DNA of 62,842 nt, counting the filler. It is 4 parts of 4 records of this genome, joined end to end, with 100 filler letters (N's around TTAATTAATTAA, not from the genome) between each part and the next. Parts side by side here need not be neighbours in the genome. Positions count along the whole stretch, not along the records: positions 1 to 27,842 come from SRR2962707_1533; positions 27,943 to 42,382 come from SRR2962707_1534; 2 more parts are not named here. One strand, given 5' to 3'. The position numbers were made by a program, and so were the translations under genes. Positions 19,377 to 30,081 of the stretch are shown one piece after another; the stretch's first letter is position 1; every line of letters begins with the position of its first letter. The notes beneath the pieces were generated by a model, which saw only the letters and a program-made list of their open reading frames with translations, did no database searches and was not told the DNA's origin.

Positions 19377-20639
19377 TTAAACCGCACGCCAACCAATGTC
19401 AGAGCGGTAAAACCCTTCAGGCCAATCAACTGCTTTAACGCCCGCATAGGCTTTTTCCTGCGCCTCTTTGACCGATGCGCCGGTGCCACAAACCGCCAGT
19501 ACTCGCCCGCCATTGGCAATTAGATCGCTATCTTTCATTGCTGTGCCCGCATGAAAAACATTGATGCTATCCATGGCATTGACCGCATCAAGCCCGTTAA
19601 TGACTGATCCTTTTTCTGGCGATGCCGGATAGTTTGGCGCACACATCACAACCGTGAGCGCAGTCTCATCAATCCAAGAAACTTTTGCTTGGCTCAAATC
19701 GCCGTTCGCGCCAGCATTGAGGATGGGCAAAAGATCATTTTGCATCCGCAGCATCAGCACCTGACATTCTGGATCACCAAAACGCGTGTTGTATTCAATC
19801 AGCTTCGGCCCTTCATCGGTGATCATCAGACCGGCAAACAAGACGCCTTGAAACGGGCAACCCATTTCTGCCATGCCGCGCATGGTTGGCTCGATAATGC
19901 GCGCCATCACATTGGCTTCCATCTCCGCCGTAAACAAAGGGGCGGGGGAATAAGCGCCCATGCCGCCGGTGTTCGGCCCCGTGTCGCCATCGCCAACGCG
20001 TTTGTGATCTTGCGCTGAAGTCAGCGGTAGTGCATTTTTGCCGTCACATAGATAAAAGAAGCTGATTTCCGGCCCTTCAAGGAACTCTTCAACGACAACT
20101 TCTGCGCCCGCATCGCCAAATGCACCTTCAAAGCAATCATCTATTGCGGCTAACGCTTCAGCCATTGTCATGGCAACGGTTACGCCTTTACCCGCAGCAA
20201 GACCGTCTGCCTTGATCACAATGGGTGCGCCCTGCGCTCGAATATAGGCTTTGGCTTTTGGTGCATTGTTAAACCGCTGATAGGCGGCAGTTGGAATATC
20301 GTATTTTGCGCAAAGATCTTTGGTAAAACCTTTTGAGCCTTCAAGCTGCGCCGCCGCTTCAGATGGGCCGAATGTTGCGATATTGGCACCGCGCAAACTA
20401 TCTGCAAGTCCATCGACAAGCGGCGCTTCGGGGCCAACAATCACAAGCTCAATGTTTTGGATGCGGCAAAAGTCGATCACCGCCTGATGGTCTTTCTCAT
20501 CAAGCACAACATTTTTCGCCAGTTCTGCCGTGCCCGGATTGCCCGGCGCACAAAATAATTTTGTTAATAAGGGCGATTGCGTGAGCTTCCATGCCAGCGC
20601 ATGTTCGCGGCCACCAGAACCGATCAAAAGTACATTCAC
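19377..20639 (-). CDS. purD: Phosphoribosylamine--glycine ligase
   Basis: [55 protein letters not shown]. Confidence 0.98.
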   Translation of the reverse strand: MNVLLIGSGGREHALAWKLTQSPLLTKLFCAPGNPGTAELAKNVVLDEKDHQAVIDFCRIQNIELVIVGPEAPLVDGLADSLRGANIATFGPSEAAAQLEGSKGFTKDLCAKYDIPTAAYQRFNNAPKAKAYIRAQGAPIVIKADGLAAGKGVTVAMTMAEALAAIDDCFEGAFGDAGAEVVVEEFLEGPEISFFYLCDGKNALPLTSAQDHKRVGDGDTGPNTGGMGAYSPAPLFTAEMEANVMARIIEPTMRGMAEMGCPFQGVLFAGLMITDEGPKLIEYNTRFGDPECQVLMLRMQNDLLPILNAGANGDLSQAKVSWIDETALTVVMCAPNYPASPEKGSVINGLDAVNAMDSINVFHAGTAMKDSDLIANGGRVLAVCGTGASVKEAQEKAYAGVKAVDWPEGFYRSDIGWRAV

Positions 20640-20756
20640 GTCTGCTCTCCTTGGATCACAATCCTTGCTTTTATGCTTGGCTAAGCGGTGACTTGCCGCA
20701 CGTCAATATCCAGATGCCGACTTGACCTTTTGTCCACGCATTGTAACCAATTGCGC

Positions 20757-21728
20757 ATGGATCAGATTCAATCACAAGATGTTCAAGGCCGCGTTGCAGA
20801 TGCACCATCCGGTCATTGGGCCTATAAAGTTTTACCGCGCAGCGCGTGGCCGTTTGCACAGCTTGCCCGCTGGGACCGTCCCATCGGTTGGTGGCTCTTG
20901 CTTTGGCCGTGCTGGTGGTCGACGGCCCTTGCGCCGCTCGCCCGCGCCGATCAAGCCTTGCCCTTTTGGGCACTTCTGCCAAATCCGTGGCATCTGCTGC
21001 TGTTTCTTATCGGCTCTATTGCCATGCGCGGCGCTGGTTGCACCTATAATGATCTCGTCGATCAAAACATTGACGATAAAGTCGCCCGCACACGCTCACG
21101 CCCGCTGCCATCTGGAAAAGTGACGCGCTTTCAAGCCAAAGCCTTTGTGGCGCTTCAGGCGCTTGTTGGTCTCATCGTACTGCTGCAATTTAATCGCTAT
21201 GCCATTATTGTTGGCTTTGCATCGCTGGGTGCGGTCGCGATTTATCCCTTTATGAAGCGGGTGACCAACTGGCCGCAGCTCTTTTTGGGCTTTGCCTTTT
21301 CTTGGGGGGCATGGATGGGCTGGGCGGCGCTTTATGGGCAACTCGCCGTTGCGCCTGCTTTGCTCTACATAGGCTGTATTTTTTGGACAATTGGCTATGA
21401 CACAATCTATGCCCATCAAGATAAAGAAGATGATGCGCTTGTTGGGGTGCGCTCAACAGCCCGCCTTTTTGGCGAAAAAACCAAACTTGCCTTAGTCATT
21501 CTTTATGGCTTGATGTTGATTTTCTTCACGGCAGCTTTTGCCAGCGCGCATGTGCCATTGCTGGCCTATTCAGGCTTGGCGCTCGCGGCCCTTCATCTTG
21601 GGCGTCAAATCATCGTGCTTGATATTGATAATCCCGACCAGTGTTTGACTTTGTTTAAGTCAAACACCTTTGTCGGCTGGATCATTTTTGCTGGATTATT
21701 CGCTGGAGGCGTTCAAGCAATTTTTTAG
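20757..21728 (+). CDS. ubiA: 4-hydroxybenzoate polyprenyltransferase
   Basis: RWDRPIGWWLLLWP, AGCTYNDLVDQNID...RTRSRPLPSG, YDTIYAHQDKEDD. Confidence 0.96.
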   Translation: MDQIQSQDVQGRVADAPSGHWAYKVLPRSAWPFAQLARWDRPIGWWLLLWPCWWSTALAPLARADQALPFWALLPNPWHLLLFLIGSIAMRGAGCTYNDLVDQNIDDKVARTRSRPLPSGKVTRFQAKAFVALQALVGLIVLLQFNRYAIIVGFASLGAVAIYPFMKRVTNWPQLFLGFAFSWGAWMGWAALYGQLAVAPALLYIGCIFWTIGYDTIYAHQDKEDDALVGVRSTARLFGEKTKLALVILYGLMLIFFTAAFASAHVPLLAYSGLALAALHLGRQIIVLDIDNPDQCLTLFKSNTFVGWIIFAGLFAGGVQAIF

Positions 21729-22300
21729 TTGCGGGCGATAATTTCTTTGCCGCCAACTGTTAGGCGTACACCCAGTGAGCCAAGGCGGCGACGCGCGAGG
21801 AAGCGTGGGCGGCGTTCTGCAAACATCGCGCTATGGCGGCGATTATGCGGATCGTTCATGACGACTTGGCGTGCGCTGTCTTCTAATGTGCGTGCAACAC
21901 CGTCAGCATCAACAATCATCATTGGTAAATCGAGCAAATCTGCCCAAAGCTGCCAATCTTTAGCAATGTCCGCCAGCTCATGGCCGACCCGAAGTGGCAC
22001 ACATAGGCTCTCATCTTGGTGCAAGAGTTCAAGTGTAACCAAGGCGCTGTCCGGTCCTGTATCAACAGCCCGTGCAGCAACGCCGGTAAATGCGCGGTTT
22101 GGTAGTGCAATATTGAAACAGGCCTCAGCGCAATCATTGAGGCGCTTTAACACTGCACCTTTATAATCAACCGTGATTTCAACGAATTTATCACCGGCGC
22201 GTGCTGCGTAGCTAACGCTTTGCGGCAAGCGCATTGGATCAAGTCGAAATTCCTGACCGGCCCAAACCGGTTGTGCTGAATAAGCCATTTGACGTCTCAC
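21725..22300 (-). CDS. DUF6101 family protein
   Basis: VWAG...RLDP..LP N-terminus, VTLELLH.D..L.VPL, RRPRFLARRRLG...EIIAR C-terminus typical of this Rhizobiales family. Confidence 0.75.
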   Translation of the reverse strand: MRRQMAYSAQPVWAGQEFRLDPMRLPQSVSYAARAGDKFVEITVDYKGAVLKRLNDCAEACFNIALPNRAFTGVAARAVDTGPDSALVTLELLHQDESLCVPLRVGHELADIAKDWQLWADLLDLPMMIVDADGVARTLEDSARQVVMNDPHNRRHSAMFAERRPRFLARRRLGSLGVRLTVGGKEIIARN

Positions 22301-22498
22301 CTGTCTTTTTCAAGAGCGCGGGCATTTTGCCTCTATGCTCTCTTTTCTGTCCCTGTATGACGGACCCTCTTTGTGGTCTCATCACAAACGACATTACAGC
22401 GCAGGCGAAAACATCCTGCTAACAAGCAAGGTTAAAAAAGACTGACATTTGAAATGGTTACCAATTTCCACCATCGGTTACGTCTTGGTAGGATGTGT

Positions 22499-23908
22499 TT
22501 ACAAGACCTTACCAGGGTTCATGATACCTTCCGGATCGAGTTCCGCTTTAATGCGCCGCATCAGGTTTAGCGCAACCGCTGGCTTAACCTCCGCCAACTC
22601 ATCACGCTTCATCTGGCCAATGCCATGTTCCGCAGAAATTGAACCGTGATAATCGCCAACGATCTTATGTACCGCAGGCGTGATGATAGACATGAGATCA
22701 AGAAAGGCTTGCTTATCGCCGCCAGCAGGCTGTGAAATATTATAATGCAGGTTGCCATCGCCGAGATGGCCGAATGCGCAAATGCGTGCGTCAGGTTCAA
22801 TCGCGAGAACCGCTTTTTCTGCATCGCGCATAAAGTCGGGGATCAAGTGAACAGGCACAGATATATCGTGCTTAATCGATCCACCTTCCGGCTTTTGACT
22901 TTCAGACAAGCCTTCGCGCAATTTCCAAAAATCAGCTGATTGCGCGCCGGAGGCAGCAACCACACCGTCTAAAACAGTGCCTTCTTCAAATTGGCTTTCG
23001 AGCAATTGTTCTAACAATGCCTGCGCATGGTCTTGCGACGTTGCCGAAGAAATCTCGATCAACACATACCAAGGATAGGCGGTATCGAGAGGATCACGCG
23101 CACCATCAATATGTTTGGATGTAAATTCGATGCCAAGGCGCGGCATAATTTCAAAAGCTGTGAGTGATTGCCAAGCCAGATCGCGTGCACTTTGGAATAT
23201 CTGAAGTGCCTGCGCTGGGCTTTCCATCGCAATGATCGCGGTGGATTTGCCCTTGGGTTTAGGAAACAGCTTTAGAACAGCTGCAGTAATAATGCCCAAA
23301 GTGCCTTCGGCGCCAATAAACAGGTTACGCAGATTATAGCCGGTATTGTCTTTCTTAAGCGAATTCAGATCTTCCAGAATATCGCCATTGGGCAAAACAA
23401 CTTCGAGACCCAAAACCAGATCACGCGCCACACCGAACGCCAGCGCGCCTGTGCCGCCCGCATTAGAAGAAAGGTTGCCGCCGATTTGGCATGTGCCTTC
23501 CGACGCCAACGACAAAGGGAAAAACCTGTTTGCTTCGTCTGCAGCGCCCTGAATATTTTGCAAGATGCAGCCCGCATCCACGGTGATTGTGTTGCCAGCC
23601 GGATCAACATTGCGGATTTTATTAAGCCGTGCCGTAGTTACAATCACCGCATCGCCGCTCATATCCGGCATTTGACCGCCCACAAGGCCGGTATTGCCAC
23701 CTTGCGGGACAATCGGCGTTTTGGTTTCGCTTGCCAGTTTTAATATGGCCGCAACTTCACTGGTTGATCCAGGGCGCAGCACAAGATTGGTCTTACCTTC
23801 CCAGCGGTCCCGCCATTCTTTTAAATAGGGCGCGATGTCGTTTTCATCGACAAGTGCATTCTTAGCTCCGACAATCTCAATAAAGCGGCCGCGTAATAAA
23901 TCATCCAT
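22499..23908 (-). CDS. FAD-binding oxidoreductase (D-2-hydroxyacid dehydrogenase type)
   Basis: VPQGGNTGLVGG, IGGNLSSNAGG, GAEGTLGII, GHLGDGNLH, SISAEHGIG, DPEGIMNPGK. Confidence 0.93.
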   Translation of the reverse strand: MDDLLRGRFIEIVGAKNALVDENDIAPYLKEWRDRWEGKTNLVLRPGSTSEVAAILKLASETKTPIVPQGGNTGLVGGQMPDMSGDAVIVTTARLNKIRNVDPAGNTITVDAGCILQNIQGAADEANRFFPLSLASEGTCQIGGNLSSNAGGTGALAFGVARDLVLGLEVVLPNGDILEDLNSLKKDNTGYNLRNLFIGAEGTLGIITAAVLKLFPKPKGKSTAIIAMESPAQALQIFQSARDLAWQSLTAFEIMPRLGIEFTSKHIDGARDPLDTAYPWYVLIEISSATSQDHAQALLEQLLESQFEEGTVLDGVVAASGAQSADFWKLREGLSESQKPEGGSIKHDISVPVHLIPDFMRDAEKAVLAIEPDARICAFGHLGDGNLHYNISQPAGGDKQAFLDLMSIITPAVHKIVGDYHGSISAEHGIGQMKRDELAEVKPAVALNLMRRIKAELDPEGIMNPGKVL

Positions 23909-23911
23909 AAG

Positions 23912-24889
23912 CTAAGTCCTTGGCGCTGCTGCGCGTAGCAGCCGGTCATTAATCGCGGCCCCAATGCCACTGCTTTCAATTGGCTCAACAGCAATGCGCG
24001 ATGCGCCCGACCGATCTAATATACTCATCATTGAAAACAAATTGCTGGCCGCTTCGAGCAAATTGCTTGTTTCAGAAAGATTTTCAACGGCGACGGCTTT
24101 TTCCGCCCCCGGTATTCTATCGGGACCAAAGGCAAGTAGCGCCTCACCATATTGAACCGACTTTGCCTCCAACTTCATACTTGCATTGGGGGCATAATGG
24201 GAGGCAAGCATGCCAGGTGCCTGAATCGTATCATTCTGTTTTGGCGGCACCACTGACAAATGGGTGATTGAGCGAAGCTGCTGGGCGGTCACACCGCCGG
24301 GGCGTAGCAAAACCAAACGCCCTTCCGTTGCCCTTACGATGGTTGATTCCAACCCAACTGAGCAGGGGCCATCATCAACGATCAAGGATACTTTCTCGCC
24401 GAGACTTGCCAAAACAGCGCTCGCTGTTGTTGGGCTTATTTTGCCTGACATATTGGCGCTGGGTGCGGCCAGTGGCCCGTCAAATTCCTTGATGATATCT
24501 GCTGCAAAACCACGTGGTTGGCGCACGGCAACAGTGCTCAATCCTGCGGTGACAAGTGGGTGAATTTCGCTTGATAAGCGAAGCGGCAAAATCAGGGTCA
24601 AAGGCCCAGGCCAAAAAGCCTTAGCCAATGCGCGGCTCACATCATCAAAAATCGCAAATCGTTCTGCCATCGTGATATTCGTGACATGGCAAATAAGCGG
24701 ATTAAATTGAGGGCGACCTTTAGCCTGAAAAATACGCGCTACGGCTTTGCCGTTGCAGGCATCGGCAGCTAAACCATAGACAGTTTCCGTGGGAATGCCC
24801 ACCAGTTCGCCATGCGCCAATAGCTCGCTTGCTTTTGTGGCGCTTTTGGCATTTGCCGGAACAATTGACGATTTTTCTTTTCCAAACAT
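23912..24889 (-). CDS. tsaC: L-threonylcarbamoyladenylate synthase (Sua5 type)
   Basis: PTETVYGLAAD, KGRPQFNPLI, WPGPLT, APSAN, PGMLASHYAP, INDRLLRAA. Confidence 0.95.
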   Translation of the reverse strand: MFGKEKSSIVPANAKSATKASELLAHGELVGIPTETVYGLAADACNGKAVARIFQAKGRPQFNPLICHVTNITMAERFAIFDDVSRALAKAFWPGPLTLILPLRLSSEIHPLVTAGLSTVAVRQPRGFAADIIKEFDGPLAAPSANMSGKISPTTASAVLASLGEKVSLIVDDGPCSVGLESTIVRATEGRLVLLRPGGVTAQQLRSITHLSVVPPKQNDTIQAPGMLASHYAPNASMKLEAKSVQYGEALLAFGPDRIPGAEKAVAVENLSETSNLLEAASNLFSMMSILDRSGASRIAVEPIESSGIGAAINDRLLRAAAPRT

Positions 24890-24985
24890 GCCTATCTCAT
24901 ATCGCGCAAAACGCGGCGCTGCAATGCGGATAAATTAGTCTTCGGTTAACCACTTCTTACAACTGGTCACTAACCAATTTTTGCT

Positions 24986-25492
24986 ATGATTGACCCAAAA
25001 TTGGAATTGGAAAAGATCATGAATATGTCCTTTAAAGCTTCGATAGCAGCGCTGGCGGTGGTCATTGCGGCAAGTGCATCAGCAAAAGCAGAATATGTGA
25101 TTACGAAGGAAAAAGCATATCCTTCTGTGGCATTTATTGAATTTGATCCGAGCGCAGATCCTGAAATTGTTGTTGCGCCGAAAGAAGATACCGCTTTTGA
25201 CGAATTGGGAATGTTTAAATTTCCGACAGAGCCAACACAGACAACGGGTATTCCGAAATTGATTGAAGGTTTCCGTGATACGATGCAGCCAATTGTCGAT
25301 GGTGTCATGAATAAAAATCAAGCGAAACCGACTGAAAACGTCGAGCAGCGCGTTGAAGATCGTGTGCGCGAAATGCAGTTAAATTCGGGTGCGCCGGAAT
25401 TGCCACCTATGCCAGTGTCAGATCAACCGCCTGTCGCGCCACCGGATATGCCGCCACCAAGCGCAATGCCTTCAGACGGACGGCCAATGTAA
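24986..25492 (+). CDS. Hypothetical exported protein with Pro-rich C-terminal tail
   Basis: Signal peptide ending ASAKA, Pro/Met-rich tail, own terminator. Start probably 25019 or 25025. Confidence 0.6.
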   Translation: MIDPKLELEKIMNMSFKASIAALAVVIAASASAKAEYVITKEKAYPSVAFIEFDPSADPEIVVAPKEDTAFDELGMFKFPTEPTQTTGIPKLIEGFRDTMQPIVDGVMNKNQAKPTENVEQRVEDRVREMQLNSGAPELPPMPVSDQPPVAPPDMPPPSAMPSDGRPM

Positions 25493-25506
25493 CAGCCAAG
25501 AATTTG

Positions 25507-25536
25507 AAACCCGCAATGGACACATTGCGGGTTTTT
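25507..25536. terminator. Bidirectional terminator between the hypothetical gene and glyS
   Basis: AAACCCGCAATG-GACA-CATTGCGGGTTTTT. Confidence 0.8.
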
Positions 25537-25537
25537 G

Positions 25538-27658
25538 CTATCCAGCGATTTTAGAAAAGTCTGCCAATTTACGTGTCGTTGCACGCAGCGACGATAGCAG
25601 GCGCAGACGGTTGGTGCGCACGGCCGCATCATCTGCATTGACCATCACATCGTTAAAGAACGCATCGACGGATGGGCGAAGCTGCGCCAACACGGCAAAA
25701 GCACCTTCATAGTCATCAGCTTTTATGCAGACATCCACATCGCCGTTTACGGCAAGGATTGTATCGGCGAGGTCTTGTTCGGCTTGTTCCGTCAAAAGCG
25801 CTTCATCTATCGCGCCGTCAAATGAACCTTCGCCGTCTTTTTTCTCTTCTGCTGCCAAGATATTCAGCGCACGTTTTGTACCAATTGTGAGGTTCGCGCC
25901 GTCTTCGCTGTCGAGCAATTTGCCAAGCGCTTCAACGCGGCGCACCACGAGCAACAAATCATCATCGCCTTCGGCTAGCACTGCATCAATCAAATCATGC
26001 CGCGCACCCTTGTCTTTCAGATAGACTTTAAGACGGTCATGGAAGAATGAGATCAGGTCGGAAGTGGCACCATGAGCACCTAAGTTGAGACCAATGCCAT
26101 TTTCTAGCAAAATACGAACCACACCAAGCGCAGCACGGCGCAGCGCGTAGGGGTCTTTTGAACCGGTTGGCTTTTCATCGATTGCCCAAAAAGCAACAAG
26201 CGTATCGAGCTTATCGGCCAAGGCAACCGCAATAGAAACCGGATCGGTTGGCACAGCGTCCGATGGGCCTTGCGGCTTGTAGTGATCTTCGATTGCCGCT
26301 GCGACGCTCTCTTTTTCGCCCTGTAGAAGCGCATAGCGACGGCCAAGGCCGCCTTGCAATTCAGGAAATTCACCAACAGCTTCGGTCGGCAAATCGGCTT
26401 TGGCGAGAACCGCAGCGCGTTTTGCATCTTCCACATCTGCGCCAACGAGGGGCGCAAGTTCAGCGGCCAGCGCTACAATGCGCTGAACGCGTTCGCCCTG
26501 CGTGCCAATTTTCGCGTGGAACGTCACGCCCAAATGATCGAGCTTTGCCATGCGCTGATCGAGCGGTTTTTTAAGGTCAAGATTGAATTTTGCGGCAGAC
26601 GTTTTCAGCGATGCCAAATCCGGCAAGTCTGCTTGGTCTGTCTTCCAGAAATGCAGCGCATCTGAAAGGCGCGCACGCACAACTTTGCCATTGCCGTGAA
26701 TGATTTCTTTGCCGCCGTCTTTAGCTGCAATGTTCGATGTCAAAATGAATTTGTTTGTCAGTCTGTCTGTGCCTTGAGCACGGCAAACAAAGCACTTCTG
26801 GTTCGTCTTAATGGTAAGGCGCGTAATATCATCGGGAATTTGCAAGAAAGCTTCTTCAAACTCACCCATCAACACAACCGGCCATTCCACAAGGCCAGAA
26901 ACTTCCTCAAGCAGCGCTTCGTCTTCAACCAAATCAACGCTATTGGCAAATGCCAGATTGCGTGCATCGTTTAGGATGATTTCTTTGCGGCGGTCACCGT
27001 CCAAAATCACATAGTTTTTTTCAAGTTTAGATACGTAATCATCAAAACGGCGCACGGTAAATTCATCGCCCGCATGGAAGCGGTGGCCCCGTGTTTTATT
27101 GCCAGAGCGAATGCCAGAGACTTCAAAATCGACAACAATTGGCTCTTCAGTTTCAGGGCCAAACGTACATAGAATTGATTGCAGTGGGCGCACCCATTTC
27201 AGCGCACCGGCATCACACGATTGTGCGCCCCAGCGCATGGATGTTGGCCAAGCAAAATCACGAATGATCCCGGGCATCACATCGGCGATAATATCTTCTG
27301 CGTTGCGACCTTCTTTTTTGATGATCGCCACATAGAATTCGCCCTTTTTAGGGTCGCTTTGGATAGTCGCTTCATCAATGGAAGAAAGACCTGCACCACG
27401 CAAAAAGCCTTCAATCGCTTTTTCAGGCGCATCGGTGCGTGGACCTTTGCGCTCTTCGCTGATGTCGGCCGAACGGGCGGTCAGGCCACGTATATCAAGC
27501 GTTAGACGGCGCGGCGTCCAATATTCACGCGCACCTTCGTAAGTCAGTCCTGCATCAACCAGCGCGCCGGTGAGGCGCGTGCGCAACTCGCCAGCAGCTT
27601 TACGCTGCATGCGGGCAGGAATTTCTTCGGAAAATAGTTCAAGCAATAAGTCGGGCAT
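25538..27658 (-). CDS. glyS: Glycine--tRNA ligase beta subunit
   Basis: [55 protein letters not shown]. Confidence 0.98.
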   Translation of the reverse strand: MPDLLLELFSEEIPARMQRKAAGELRTRLTGALVDAGLTYEGAREYWTPRRLTLDIRGLTARSADISEERKGPRTDAPEKAIEGFLRGAGLSSIDEATIQSDPKKGEFYVAIIKKEGRNAEDIIADVMPGIIRDFAWPTSMRWGAQSCDAGALKWVRPLQSILCTFGPETEEPIVVDFEVSGIRSGNKTRGHRFHAGDEFTVRRFDDYVSKLEKNYVILDGDRRKEIILNDARNLAFANSVDLVEDEALLEEVSGLVEWPVVLMGEFEEAFLQIPDDITRLTIKTNQKCFVCRAQGTDRLTNKFILTSNIAAKDGGKEIIHGNGKVVRARLSDALHFWKTDQADLPDLASLKTSAAKFNLDLKKPLDQRMAKLDHLGVTFHAKIGTQGERVQRIVALAAELAPLVGADVEDAKRAAVLAKADLPTEAVGEFPELQGGLGRRYALLQGEKESVAAAIEDHYKPQGPSDAVPTDPVSIAVALADKLDTLVAFWAIDEKPTGSKDPYALRRAALGVVRILLENGIGLNLGAHGATSDLISFFHDRLKVYLKDKGARHDLIDAVLAEGDDDLLLVVRRVEALGKLLDSEDGANLTIGTKRALNILAAEEKKDGEGSFDGAIDEALLTEQAEQDLADTILAVNGDVDVCIKADDYEGAFAVLAQLRPSVDAFFNDVMVNADDAAVRTNRLRLLSSLRATTRKLADFSKIAG

Positions 27659-27720
27659 GATCAATCAGTCTTTGGATGTTTGCTGTGCAGCCCATAGCAA
27701 GGCTAGGTGCGAATGTCATT

Positions 27721-27775
27721 AAAGCAATCCCAGAAAAAGTGCGAAGCGGTTTTTGGGTTCAGGATTGCTTGGAAA
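27721..27775. repeat. Rhizobiales short palindromic interspersed repeat (BRU-RS/RIME-like, degenerate)
   Basis: AAGCAATCC...AAAAGTGCGAAGCGGTTTT...GGATTGCTT; the core matches my recollection of Brucella/Rhizobiales repeat elements. Confidence 0.6.
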
Positions 27776-27806
27776 AAAGCTAATAGGATAAAAGTTCACA
27801 GCGGTT

Positions 27807-27842
27807 TTACCAGCCGCCGCCGCCGCCACCGCCGCCGCCGCC
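27807..27842 (-). CDS. Extreme 3' end of a gene ending (Gly)10-Trp-stop, DUF2207-like membrane protein (truncated by contig end)
   Basis: Minus strand reads GGC/GGT x10, TGG, TAA; GGGGGGGW* is the hallmark tail of DUF2207 and related membrane proteins. Confidence 0.7.
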   Translation of the reverse strand, partial: GGGGGGGGGGW

Positions 27843-27942
27843 NNNNNNNNNNNNNNNNNNNNNNNNNNNNNNNNNNNNNNNNNNNNTTAATTAATTAANN
27901 NNNNNNNNNNNNNNNNNNNNNNNNNNNNNNNNNNNNNNNNNN
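27843..27942. other. Artificial contig spacer 1
   Basis: N44-TTAATTAATTAA-N44; puts stop codons in all six frames. Confidence 0.99.
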
Positions 27943-27974
27943 ACAACGAACAACGAACAACGAACAACGAACAA
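27943..27974 (+). repeat. Heptamer tandem repeat (ACAACGA)4+ at contig start
   Basis: Four full copies plus a partial copy abutting the gap. Confidence 0.9.
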
Positions 27975-28021
27975 ACGCTAAGCCATCACAGACACAAATA
28001 CGCTTTCCCAAAGCCTGTTTT

Positions 28022-28885
28022 CTACGCTTTTTTGTTATAGCGAATCAAGCCTTCCTGCGCCGTCGAGGCAACCAGCTGACCTGATTGATTAAAGATCTGA
28101 CCTCTCACAAAACCACGAGATTGGCTTGCTGACGGCGAATCTGCCACATACAGCAACCACTCATCCAAACGGAACTCACGGTGAAACCACATGGCATGGT
28201 CTAGGCTCGCAATGTTCAGGTAAGGATTACCGATCGACACCCCATGAGGCATCAGGGCGGTTTCTAAAAAACCATAATCTGTCGTATACGCCAACATGGA
28301 TTGATGCACCAAAGGTTCATCCGGCAGTTTATCTACGCTGCGTATCCACATGTGTCGTTTGGCGATGCCTGGGCGAGGTCGAAATGGGTTTTGGTTTTCA
28401 ACAATACGATACTCAATAGGCCGATCTGCGGTGAAGAGTTCCCTCACTTTCTGTGGAATTTCATTCGCGTGTTCTTGATAAAGCGTCAACTCAGACTTAA
28501 AGGAGTCAGGCCCGGGCACATTAGGCATGGCGTCTTGATGATCAAATCCACGCTCTTCAATTTGAAACGAAATTGTCATGACCAAAATGCTTTTTCCAAA
28601 TTGAGAAGCCGTCACCCGACGAACACTAAAACTGCCGCCATCACGCACAATCTCCACATCATATTCAATGGGATGATTGGAGTCTCCTGGACGAAGAAAA
28701 TAGCAATGCAGCGAATGAGGATGCCTCGCCTCGACGGTTTGGGTCGCGGCACTCAAACTTTGACCAACCACTTGGCCACCAAATACTTTAGGAAAACCTA
28801 AGTCCTGACTTCGACCAATGAACTTAGTTTCTGATAAACGCTCAAGTTTTAATAGGTCAATCAGGTTATCTACTACTTGCTTCAT
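28022..28885 (-). CDS. tesB: Acyl-CoA thioesterase II
   Basis: VFGGQVVGQ, HSLHCYFLRPGD, RDGGSFSVRRV, ASLDHAMWFH, QEGLIR. Confidence 0.96.
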   Translation of the reverse strand: MKQVVDNLIDLLKLERLSETKFIGRSQDLGFPKVFGGQVVGQSLSAATQTVEARHPHSLHCYFLRPGDSNHPIEYDVEIVRDGGSFSVRRVTASQFGKSILVMTISFQIEERGFDHQDAMPNVPGPDSFKSELTLYQEHANEIPQKVRELFTADRPIEYRIVENQNPFRPRPGIAKRHMWIRSVDKLPDEPLVHQSMLAYTTDYGFLETALMPHGVSIGNPYLNIASLDHAMWFHREFRLDEWLLYVADSPSASQSRGFVRGQIFNQSGQLVASTAQEGLIRYNKKA

Positions 28886-29078
28886 ATTGGAACCTTATTG
28901 GGTGAAATATGGGCTATTATGTAAGTAATCAGGGCAGAGAATCAGTGATAAATATGCAGTTATCTAGGAAGCTTGCTCCTTAGTTACCTATCCCTTGAAA
29001 TTAGCCTGTTTACGTTTTGCCAAATGGGCGTTTTTTTGCTTTGATGGACGCTCACTTATATAGGTATTTCTCTAAGCA

Positions 29079-30068
29079 ATGTCATCTTTAATTGATCCAT
29101 ACGGCCGTAAAATAGATTATCTTCGCATCTCGGTAACCGATAAATGCGATTTTCGCTGCACCTACTGTATGGATGAAGATGTTACCTTCTTACCAAGAAG
29201 CCAAATTTTATCTTTAGAAGAAGTGGTGAAAGTCGCCAAAACTTTTATCGCAATGGGCACCAAGCGCATTCGCATTACGGGCGGCGAACCATTGGTTCGT
29301 AAAAACCTTCTTTGGGCATTGGAACAAATCACCAAGCAACCCGGCCTAGAAGAATTGACGATGACCACTAATGGGTCGCAATTATACAAGATGGCCAACG
29401 ATCTTTTAAATGTTGGCGTGTCTCGAATAAACATCAGTTTAGACACCCTAAAAGCCGATCGCTTTTTCGCGTTAACCCGACGAGACAAATTCCAACAGGT
29501 GATCGATGGCATTGAAAAAGCCGCGTCTTTGGACTTTAAAAAACTGAAAATCAACAGCGTCATGTTAAAACACCATAATGACGATGAGCTACAGGATTTG
29601 GCTCAATTCGCACTGGATAGAGACATGGACATCAGTTTTATTGAAGAAATGCCGCTTGGCGTTATCACCAGCCATGACCGCGCCGCCTCTTATTTATCGA
29701 GCGACGACGTCATAGAGCAACTGTCCACACAGTTTATCTTAAATGAAAGCCAGCATATCACCAGTGGTCCAACGCGTTATTACGACGTCACTGGCTATCG
29801 CGGAAGAATTGGCGTTATTTCTCCACACAGCCACAATTTTTGCGATACCTGCAACCGAATTCGATTAACCGCTGAAGGCCGACTACTGCTTTGCTTAGGC
29901 AATGAGCATTCAAAAGACCTTAAACCTTTTTTACGAGAGCCTCAGCGACAGTCATTAACACTAGAGGAAGGCATTATTGACGCCTTGGCTCTAAAACCCC
30001 TTAAACACCACTTTAATCTTGATGAAGCCCCACAAATACTTCGCTTCATGAGCGCGACCGGAGGCTAG
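29079..30068 (+). CDS. moaA: GTP 3',8-cyclase
   Basis: YLRISVTDKCDFRCTYCM, TGGEPL, FCDTCNRIRLT..G.L.LCL, C-terminal MSATGG. Confidence 0.97.
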   Translation: MSSLIDPYGRKIDYLRISVTDKCDFRCTYCMDEDVTFLPRSQILSLEEVVKVAKTFIAMGTKRIRITGGEPLVRKNLLWALEQITKQPGLEELTMTTNGSQLYKMANDLLNVGVSRINISLDTLKADRFFALTRRDKFQQVIDGIEKAASLDFKKLKINSVMLKHHNDDELQDLAQFALDRDMDISFIEEMPLGVITSHDRAASYLSSDDVIEQLSTQFILNESQHITSGPTRYYDVTGYRGRIGVISPHSHNFCDTCNRIRLTAEGRLLLCLGNEHSKDLKPFLREPQRQSLTLEEGIIDALALKPLKHHFNLDEAPQILRFMSATGG

Positions 30069-30081
30069 ATAAGGACCCCTA

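Noticed and set aside
27887-27898. TTAATTAATTAA palindrome recurring three times
   Set aside because: Always centred in N44...N44; a synthetic all-frame-stop linker, not a biological repeat or att site
27707-27898. ORFs that run into N-runs (27707-27898, 54790-55254, and the apparent gltB end at 42435)
   Set aside because: Their ends are created by the spacer. Only gltB is real, and it is truncated.
28886-29078. Moco riboswitch or ModE box upstream of moaA
   Set aside because: I could not find the expected stems or the ModE palindrome by eye; an Rfam scan would settle it
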